DNA of 36,836 nt from Syntrophomonadaceae bacterium (GTDB taxonomy: Bacteria > Bacillota > Dethiobacteria > DTU022): NCBI GenBank assembly GCA_007129055.1, contig SKWE01000084.1:1-36836 (forward strand), written 5' to 3'. The notes below the pieces were generated by a model, which worked only from the letters and a program-made list of their open reading frames with translations, ran no database searches and was not told where the DNA came from. Positions 30,240 to 36,836 of the stretch are shown here, one piece after another (the stretch's first letter is position 1; every line of letters starts with the position of its first letter). Position numbers and translations under genes: made by a program.

Positions 30240-31776
30240 TACAGTGCAACATGAAAAACCATGTTACTCATGTGGCTTTGAACCAAGCACGGCAAATAAA
30301 ACAGGGGATTGGAGATTTCTAACACCTGAAAAGAGGAGCAGGCTTTCGCCCTGTCGGCAGGATTGCCTGCTTGATGGAGAAATACCACAGTGGATGGAAG
30401 CAGTAAAGCAGGAAAAGTGGGAAGAGGCCTGGGATATAGTAAGCAGATATAATCCATTTCCCGCGATAACTGGATATGTATGCTATCATCCATGCAGCGA
30501 TAACTGTAACAGGGGGGAACTCGACCAGGGTATTGCCATTGAAGAAGTTGAAAAGGCAATTGGCGAGTGGCGATTAAACAATATTAAGCCACAGCAAAAA
30601 CTTGTAAAACTTAAAGGACGGGTTGGAGTTGTAGGTTCCGGACCGGCTGGTTTAAGCTGTGCTTATTATCTTAACAAAGCAGGTTATGAAGTAACAATAT
30701 ATGAAAGAACAGCCTTAATTGGTGGCATGCTTGCTCTTGGAATACCGGAATATCGCTTGCCCCGAAATATACTTTCCAGGGAACTAAATTTTTTAGAAGA
30801 AGAAGGTGTTCGCTTCATAGAAAGCTGCTCCATAGGAAATGACTATGACCTTTGCCAGCTATACGAAGAGTTTGACAGTGTTTTTCTGGCAACTGGCGCC
30901 TGGAAGCCCCGCAGAGCATTTATTCCCGGTGAAGAAGATAGAAAAGTATACAACGCCCTGGATTTTCTCAGCGCGATAAATAGTGGGGAGAAAATTGAAA
31001 TATCTGATCCGGTAATTGTCATCGGTGGGGGAAATGCAGCAATTGACAGTGCCCGATCTGCCTTAAGGCTTAAAGGGATAAACCATGTCAGCCTGGTTTA
31101 CAGGCGCAGCCGGGCTGAAATGCCGGCGAACCAGGAAGAAGTAGAAGCAGCAGAGCGAGAAGGCGTGGAAATGGTTTTCAACGCTTTGCCCAGGGAAATA
31201 GAAAAAGAAGAGCAAACTATAAAGGGCTTGCTGTTTGATTACTGCAAGACTGATTTGAACGGTCTTTCAATTGACAGGAGCCGCTCTTTTAGCAAAGGCT
31301 GCGGAACTGTTATTATGGCTCTTGGGCAGCAGGCAGATCTCTCTTTATTCTGTAATGTTGAAAGTAACGTGTCTTTATTTGCCGGGGGTGACCTGGTTAC
31401 AGGACCGTCAACTGTCCCCGAGGCTATTAGAGCAGGTAGGGTTGCAGCATACAGTATAATTTCAGAACTTGAAGGTTCTCCAGCACCGAAACTGATGCTT
31501 CCTGAACAACCTGTTGTAACATTTGAAGAACTGAACCTGGCTACAAAGCTTAATGTAAAGATGCAGCACAGAGAAGAGACGCCAGCATTGGAAGCATCTC
31601 GATGCCTTGGTTGCGGAACCTGCAATTCATGCGGAACATGCTTTGTCTTTTGCCCTGATATGGCTGTTGACATAATTAATGGCCGATATGAACTTAACCT
31701 TGATTATTGCAAAGGTTGTGGAATTTGTGTCAAAGAATGTCCGGCCCAGGCGCTGGTAATGGAAGGAGGTAGATAG
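30229..31776 (+). CDS. OFOR delta-subunit with inserted GltD/NfnB-like FAD/NAD(P)H oxidoreductase module
   Basis: 515 aa. Residues 23-30 (NKTGDWRF) resemble the delta-subunit N-terminal arm. Residues 41-110 form a GltD-type Cys region (CRQDC...IPQW...NPFPAITGYVCYHPCSDNC). Two Rossmann motifs are present: VGVVGSGPAGLSCAYYL and VIVIGGGNAAIDSA. Residues 459-506 form a 2x[4Fe-4S] ferredoxin (CLGCGTCNSCGTCFVFCP ... CKGCGICVKECP). The gene occupies the delta position in a G-D-A-B gene order and overlaps the gamma gene by 11 nt. Confidence 0.85.
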   Translation: MLTDTVQHEKPCYSCGFEPSTANKTGDWRFLTPEKRSRLSPCRQDCLLDGEIPQWMEAVKQEKWEEAWDIVSRYNPFPAITGYVCYHPCSDNCNRGELDQGIAIEEVEKAIGEWRLNNIKPQQKLVKLKGRVGVVGSGPAGLSCAYYLNKAGYEVTIYERTALIGGMLALGIPEYRLPRNILSRELNFLEEEGVRFIESCSIGNDYDLCQLYEEFDSVFLATGAWKPRRAFIPGEEDRKVYNALDFLSAINSGEKIEISDPVIVIGGGNAAIDSARSALRLKGINHVSLVYRRSRAEMPANQEEVEAAEREGVEMVFNALPREIEKEEQTIKGLLFDYCKTDLNGLSIDRSRSFSKGCGTVIMALGQQADLSLFCNVESNVSLFAGGDLVTGPSTVPEAIRAGRVAAYSIISELEGSPAPKLMLPEQPVVTFEELNLATKLNVKMQHREETPALEASRCLGCGTCNSCGTCFVFCPDMAVDIINGRYELNLDYCKGCGICVKECPAQALVMEGGR

Positions 31777-31777
31777 T

Positions 31778-32920
31778 ATGGCATACGAAATGTTAAGCGG
31801 CAGTCAGGCTGCGGCTGCAGCAGTCCAACGGGCGAATGTTGACCTTGTAGCGGCTTATCCTATAACACCCCAAACCGCCATAGTTGAAACCCTGGCTAAT
31901 TTTGAGGCAAAGGGAGAACTGGGCGGAGATTTTGTAAGTGTTGAATCAGAATATGCAGCACTGGCCTGTTGTTATGGTGCAGCTGCAGCCGGTGCAAGAG
32001 TGTTTACCGCAACAGCGTCACACGGCCTTGCCTACATGCACGAAGTTATTCATTGGTGCAGCGGAGCCAGGGTGCCGGTAGTAATGGTAAACGTTAATCG
32101 CGCAATTGGCGCTCCATGGTGCCTTGATCCAGACCAGGGCGATAGTCTTAGCCAACGGGATACCGGGTGGATGCAGATCTACTGTTCCGGAGCCCAGGAG
32201 GTATTTGATACTGTTTTGCAGGCTTATGTGTTGAGTGAAGAACTCCTGCTACCCTGCCTGGTCGTATTTGATGGCTTTTATATATCTCACACATATGAAG
32301 CCGTTGATGTGCCTGAAAAAGAGAAAACGCTTGAATTTGTGGGTGAAAAGAAGTTTAAGGCGCAGGTAATACCCGGAGCACCTGCCAACCTGCATGGTTT
32401 AACAACTGGCGACAACCAGATATTACTTGTTAAGAATCGCCATGAAACCATGATTAAAGCTATAGATTTATTTAAAGATGTTAACAAAAAATATGAAGAA
32501 TTTTTTGGACGAAGTTACAAGGTAGTGGATAGTGTAATACCACCAGGTTCTACTACTGTTTTTATGGCAGCAGGAGCCACGGTTGAAACTATTCGCTGGG
32601 CGCTTCCTGAACTTGACGATTGTGGCTTGATCCAGTTAAGGATGTTTCGTCCTTATCCGGCGGAAGAGCTTTGTGCCATTCTTGAAGCGCACGAGGTTGA
32701 AAGAGTTATTGTCGTTGACAGGAACTGCTCGGTAGGTATGGGCGGTATATTTTCGCAGGAATTGAGAGCCGCTCTGTATAAAATGGAAAAACCACCGGTG
32801 GTTGAGGATCTTATTTTGGCTGGTGGAATAGATTTAACTGTTGAGATGCTGCACAAAGCATTAGAACCTGTAAATGAAGATAGGCTAACAGATCAGAAAT
32901 GGGGGGTTGATGTGCGATGA
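31778..32920 (+). CDS. 2-oxoacid:ferredoxin oxidoreductase, alpha subunit
   Basis: 380 aa containing SGSQAAAAAVQRANVDLVAAYPITPQT. The start is 1 nt after the preceding stop. Confidence 0.9.
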   Translation: MAYEMLSGSQAAAAAVQRANVDLVAAYPITPQTAIVETLANFEAKGELGGDFVSVESEYAALACCYGAAAAGARVFTATASHGLAYMHEVIHWCSGARVPVVMVNVNRAIGAPWCLDPDQGDSLSQRDTGWMQIYCSGAQEVFDTVLQAYVLSEELLLPCLVVFDGFYISHTYEAVDVPEKEKTLEFVGEKKFKAQVIPGAPANLHGLTTGDNQILLVKNRHETMIKAIDLFKDVNKKYEEFFGRSYKVVDSVIPPGSTTVFMAAGATVETIRWALPELDDCGLIQLRMFRPYPAEELCAILEAHEVERVIVVDRNCSVGMGGIFSQELRAALYKMEKPPVVEDLILAGGIDLTVEMLHKALEPVNEDRLTDQKWGVDVR

Positions 32921-33816
32921 AAACAGGTGAACTGAACAAAGACTCCGAGATGCTTTATTCAGGACATAACGCCTGCCCTGGTTGTGGAGCGGCACTGGCG
33001 GTAAGGTATCTTACAAGGGCACTGGGGCCAAACCTTGCCATAGTATTAACAGCTTCCTGTTGGAGTATAATTTCCGGTATGCCACCGCTAACCGCCTTAA
33101 AGTGCCCCATACTACACTGCCCTTTTCCCAGTGCAGGCTCTGTGGGAAGTGGTGTTAAAAGGGGATTGAAGGCAACGGGTCAGAGCGATACAACTGTTGT
33201 TGTTCTCGCCGGGGACGGCGGTACTTTTGATATAGGCCTCCAGGCTATGTCGGGAGCAGCCCAGCGTAATGAAGACTATATATTTGTCTGTTATGACAAT
33301 GAGGCGTATATGAATACGGGTATGCAGACAAGTTCAGCAACTCCATTTGGGGCAAGAACTGCTACGGCCCCATACCCACTCTTTAAAGCCGGGCAGAAAA
33401 AAGATATTATGCAGATTATGGCTGCCCACGGGATTCCTTATGCAGCTACGGCAACAGTAGCCTTTCCTGATGATATGGAAAATAAATTAAAAAAAGCTCA
33501 GAAAATAAGTGGATTTCGATTTATTCATATTTTATCACCCTGTCCACCTGGTTGGGGGACAGAATCTTCCGATACAATACACCTATCAAGGTTGGCTGTT
33601 TCGAGCGGATTTTTCCCCCTGTATGAAATTGAAAACGGTGTGACATGGAGAATGACCAATTTACAGGAAGAGAAAAGAACTCCATTAAAAGAATACCTTT
33701 CTGCCCAGCGCAGATTTAAACAAATGGACGAGGCAAGAATGGCACAGCTGCAGCAGGAGGTAGATCATGATTGGGATTGCCTGATGGAAAAGGTTGTCAC
33801 CTGCCCCTCTGAATAA
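32917..33816 (+). CDS. 2-oxoacid:ferredoxin oxidoreductase, beta (TPP-binding) subunit
   Basis: 299 aa with the motifs CPGCGAALAVRYL and GDGGTFDIGLQAMSGA...YDNEAYMNTG. There is a 4-nt ATGA overlap with the alpha gene. Confidence 0.9.
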   Translation: MKTGELNKDSEMLYSGHNACPGCGAALAVRYLTRALGPNLAIVLTASCWSIISGMPPLTALKCPILHCPFPSAGSVGSGVKRGLKATGQSDTTVVVLAGDGGTFDIGLQAMSGAAQRNEDYIFVCYDNEAYMNTGMQTSSATPFGARTATAPYPLFKAGQKKDIMQIMAAHGIPYAATATVAFPDDMENKLKKAQKISGFRFIHILSPCPPGWGTESSDTIHLSRLAVSSGFFPLYEIENGVTWRMTNLQEEKRTPLKEYLSAQRRFKQMDEARMAQLQQEVDHDWDCLMEKVVTCPSE

Positions 33817-34033
33817 ATGGGAAAGATTCAAACTGAGCCCAATTCAGGGAAATGTGCAGGTGAGAAATAGCTTTGATAAATCAATATGACTTCTAGTCGT
33901 CATGTGCGAAAATAAATTTTAGAATTATAATAAAAATTATAACCTGCAGCAGGAATTTTATCAGAGAAGCAGAAAATTAGAATAATGCAGGTTGTTTTTA
34001 ACCTGGAAATTAATTATCTGGGAGGTGTCAGGT

Positions 34034-34879
34034 TTGCGGGAAATAGCCGCGTCAACGATTTCTGATCATGTGGCTGAGATGTGCGAGGAAGCGAATATTT
34101 ACCTGGGCGAGGAAGAATTTCAGGCTTTGAAAGACGCGCTTGAAACTGAAGAATCGCCAACCGGCAGGGAAGTTCTGAAACAGTTGATTGAGAACGTGGA
34201 AATTGCCCGGAATGAGCAAATACCGATTTGTCAGGATACGGGATTTGCTGTTTTTTTTGTTGAATGGGGCCAGGAATTACACCTTACGGGAGGAACCCTG
34301 GAAGAAGCGATTAATGCAGGTGTACGCAGGGGTTATGATGAAGGATACCTGCGCAAGTCTATAGTAGACGATCCTCTTTATGACCGTAAGAATACAGGTG
34401 ATAATACTCCCGCTGTAATATATACAGATATTGTGCCAGGCGATAAAGTAAAAATTGCTTTTGCTCCAAAAGGTGGGGGCAGTGAAAATATGAGTACCGT
34501 GAAAATGTTAAAACCTTCAGATGGTGAAGATGGCCTGGTAGATTTTGTTGTAAATCATGTAAAAGCTGCCGGCCCTAACCCCTGCCCACCTATTGTGGTT
34601 GGTGTTGGTATAGGAGGAACCTTTGACAAAGTTGCAGTTCAGGCGAAAAAAGCTTTATTCCGTCCTGTGGGTACACCGCATGCCGACAGCAGGTTTGCAG
34701 CTCTTGAAAAGAAAATCCTCAATAAAATAAACGATCTGGGTGTTGGGCCCCAGGGTTTTGGAGGGAGAACCTTCGCCCTGGCAGTTCATATTGAAACGTA
34801 TCCTTCTCACATTGCCAGCATGGCTGCGGCAGTCAACATTAACTGCCATGCCTGCAGGCATCTTGAAAGAACATTATAA
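34034..34879 (+). CDS. Class I (Fe-S) fumarate hydratase / L-tartrate dehydratase family, alpha subunit
   Basis: Contains PICQDTG and GGGSENMS motifs. TTG at 34034 is 6 nt after GGGAGGTG and gives a typical length of about 281 aa. The ORF-track start at 33992 has no RBS. Confidence 0.88.
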   Translation: MREIAASTISDHVAEMCEEANIYLGEEEFQALKDALETEESPTGREVLKQLIENVEIARNEQIPICQDTGFAVFFVEWGQELHLTGGTLEEAINAGVRRGYDEGYLRKSIVDDPLYDRKNTGDNTPAVIYTDIVPGDKVKIAFAPKGGGSENMSTVKMLKPSDGEDGLVDFVVNHVKAAGPNPCPPIVVGVGIGGTFDKVAVQAKKALFRPVGTPHADSRFAALEKKILNKINDLGVGPQGFGGRTFALAVHIETYPSHIASMAAAVNINCHACRHLERTL

Positions 34880-34906
34880 TTTAAAAAGTGAAAGGAGGCA
34901 TTGATA

Positions 34907-35458
34907 ATGGAACCAAAAAAAATTCAGGCTCCCCTGAGCGATGAAGATGTAATGTCTCTGAAGGCAGGAGATAATGTACTTATAAATGGCGTTATTTATA
35001 CAGCAAGGGATGCTGCGCATAAAAAACTGGTTGAACTGATGGATAAAGGGGAATCACTGCCAATTGATTTAGCCGGTCAGTTCATTTATTATGTCGGTCC
35101 CACACCGGCAAAGCCGGGCCAGGCGATAGGCTCTGCAGGACCGACAACAAGCGGCAGGATGGATGTATATACTCCAAAAATGCTAGATAAAGGTATGAAG
35201 GCCTGCATCGGCAAGGGGCTGCGCAGCCAGGCTGTAAAAGATGCCCTGCAGCAGTATAAAGGGCTTTATTTGGCCGCTGTGGGTGGGGCAGGTGCACTGC
35301 TCTCAAAGCGGATTAAAAAATGTGAAGTTGTGGCTTATCCCGAGCTTGGCGCTGAAGCAATTCACCGTCTTGAAGTCGAGGACTTTCCTGCCACAGTTAT
35401 CAATGATGCTTATGGAAATGATCTTTATGCCGAAGGGGCAAAAGAATACGCAAGGTAG
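34907..35458 (+). CDS. Class I (Fe-S) fumarate hydratase / L-tartrate dehydratase family, beta subunit
   Basis: Contains YYVGPTPAKPGQAIGSAGPTTSGRMD and GKG motifs. GGAGG lies 10 nt upstream of the ATG at 34907. Confidence 0.88.
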   Translation: MEPKKIQAPLSDEDVMSLKAGDNVLINGVIYTARDAAHKKLVELMDKGESLPIDLAGQFIYYVGPTPAKPGQAIGSAGPTTSGRMDVYTPKMLDKGMKACIGKGLRSQAVKDALQQYKGLYLAAVGGAGALLSKRIKKCEVVAYPELGAEAIHRLEVEDFPATVINDAYGNDLYAEGAKEYAR

Positions 35459-35494
35459 TAAAAGAAAATATAAATTGAAAGTAGGGACAGGATT

Positions 35495-36835
35495 ATGACA
35501 ATGAATAAAGATGAATTGCTGGCAAAAGCGAAAAAGCCGGCCGAAGACGCAATGAAGCTTCACCCATTTTATAAGGGTAAACTGCAGGTTGATTTAAAAT
35601 GCTGTGTTCGCGATATTAAGGATTTTGCCATCTGGTATACACCAGGTGTAGCTGAGCCCTGTAAGGCAATTGCAAAAAACAAGGAAGATGTTTTTAAATA
35701 CACCAATAAGGCAAACTTTGTAGCAGTTGTTTCTGACGGAACCAGGGTCCTGGGGTTGGGTGATATCGGCCCTGAAGCCAGCATGCCGGTTATGGAAGGG
35801 AAAGCGCTGCTGTTTAAATATTTAGGCGGTGTAGACGCATTCCCGGTGTGCGTTGATACGAAGGATGCTGATGAATTGATTAATTTTGTAAAACTGATGC
35901 AGCCCTGTTTCGGGGGAATTAACCTTGAAGATATAGCAAGCCCGAAATGTTTTTACGTTCTTGACAGGCTAAGGGAAGAATGCCATATCCCCGTATGGCA
36001 CGATGATCAGCAGGGAACTGCCATGGTAACAGTGGCCGGTTTGATCAATGCGCTTAAGATTGTCGACAAGACTATGAAAGATGCCAAGATCGTAATGATG
36101 GGTGCAGGTGCAGCTAATATATGTACTATCCGCCTGCTTGAAGCAGCCGGTGCTGATCCCGGCAATACAGTGATGATCGACAGCAAGGGTGCTTTACATA
36201 AAGGGCGAACAGAATTGAAGGAGCAGCATCCGGTTAAGTGGGAACTCTGCCAGACTACTAATGCTGCTAACATAACAGGCGGTGCCGCAGAGGCCTGCAA
36301 AGGTGCCGATGTAATCATCGGCCTTTCCACACCCGGTCCGGATACTATCAAGAAAGAGTGGATTGAGAGTATGGCGGATGATGCAATTGTCTTTGCCTGT
36401 GCCAACCCGATCCCTGAAATTTGGCCCTGGGAAGCGCTTGAAGCAGGGGCAAGAATTGTCTCCACCGGACGTTCAGATTTTCCAAACCAGGTAAACAATT
36501 CTCTTGGTTTCCCGGCTATTTTCCGTGGAGTCTTAGATGTACAGGCTACTACCATAACCGACTCGATGTGTATAGCAGCTGCAGAAGAATTGGCAGCTTG
36601 CGCTCCCGATGGCGGTATGAATCCTGAAATGATTTTGCCCACTATGGATATGTGGGAAGTGTTTCCCCGTGTAGCTACAGCAACAGCCATGAAAGCTATA
36701 GAAGAGGGTGTGGCCCGACTGGAGCTGAGCCGCGATGAAATCTATAAGCTGGCGGAAGAATCTATCAGTAAAGCACAAAAACAGACAAAACTCCTGATGG
36801 ATGAAGGTTTCATTCCAGCACCGCCTGCCGAATAA
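35495..36835 (+). CDS. NAD(P)-dependent malic enzyme (short form, no PTA domain)
   Basis: 446 aa containing YTPGVAEPC, VVSDGTRVLGLGDIGPEASMPVMEGKALLFK, FGGINLEDI and the dinucleotide motif MMGAGAANI. The stop codon is at 36833-36835. Confidence 0.92.
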   Translation: MTMNKDELLAKAKKPAEDAMKLHPFYKGKLQVDLKCCVRDIKDFAIWYTPGVAEPCKAIAKNKEDVFKYTNKANFVAVVSDGTRVLGLGDIGPEASMPVMEGKALLFKYLGGVDAFPVCVDTKDADELINFVKLMQPCFGGINLEDIASPKCFYVLDRLREECHIPVWHDDQQGTAMVTVAGLINALKIVDKTMKDAKIVMMGAGAANICTIRLLEAAGADPGNTVMIDSKGALHKGRTELKEQHPVKWELCQTTNAANITGGAAEACKGADVIIGLSTPGPDTIKKEWIESMADDAIVFACANPIPEIWPWEALEAGARIVSTGRSDFPNQVNNSLGFPAIFRGVLDVQATTITDSMCIAAAEELAACAPDGGMNPEMILPTMDMWEVFPRVATATAMKAIEEGVARLELSRDEIYKLAEESISKAQKQTKLLMDEGFIPAPPAE

Positions 36836-36836
36836 A

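Noticed and set aside
33817-33991. The spacer between the OFOR beta gene and the hydro-lyase genes was searched for a second sigma-54 promoter, a riboswitch or a small ORF.
   Set aside because: No GG-N10-GC match with TTGCA is present, and I recognise no conserved RNA motif. Only AT-rich repeats (AATTATAA x2) and weak sigma-A-like hexamers are seen.

Overview
The window looks like a chromosomal, metabolism-dense stretch from an anaerobic Firmicutes/Clostridia-like genome. That placement is an inference from gene content, strong GGAGG-type ribosome binding sites and TTG/GTG starts. I found no mobile elements, CRISPR arrays, tRNA or rRNA genes. Almost everything is on the + strand. (1) Positions 58-232 hold a ykkC-family riboswitch, probably subtype 2 (PRPP-type), with an overlapping terminator. 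It precedes an AzgA/PbuG-type purine permease and a de novo purine operon, purE-B-C-S-Q-L-F ... purM-N-H-D. A membrane pyrophosphatase gene (hppA) with its own strong terminator interrupts that operon. (2) With no terminator after purD, the gene string continues into a short-chain acyl-CoA module: thiolase, two tandem acyl-CoA dehydrogenases (one degenerate), a corrinoid adenosyltransferase, a MeaB GTPase and a split B12-dependent acyl-CoA mutase. The mutase carries the Phe/Gln signature of isobutyryl-CoA mutase rather than methylmalonyl-CoA mutase. ligA follows. (3) From 25 kb to 36.8 kb there is a sigma-54-associated region. It contains an AbfD-type 4-hydroxybutyryl-CoA dehydratase (- strand), a PAS/AAA+/HTH enhancer-binding protein and an Fe-alcohol dehydrogenase. 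A near-consensus -24/-12 promoter and a 190-nt repeat-rich leader then precede a four-gene 2-oxoacid:ferredoxin oxidoreductase operon. In that operon the delta (ferredoxin) subunit carries an inserted GltD/NfnB-like FAD/NAD(P)H module. A two-subunit class I fumarate (or tartrate) hydro-lyase and a malic enzyme follow it. The most unusual item is this predicted NAD(P)-coupled four-subunit OFOR and its sigma-54-controlled C4-dicarboxylate-to-acetyl-CoA context. All functional calls come from motif recognition by eye; no database search was run.
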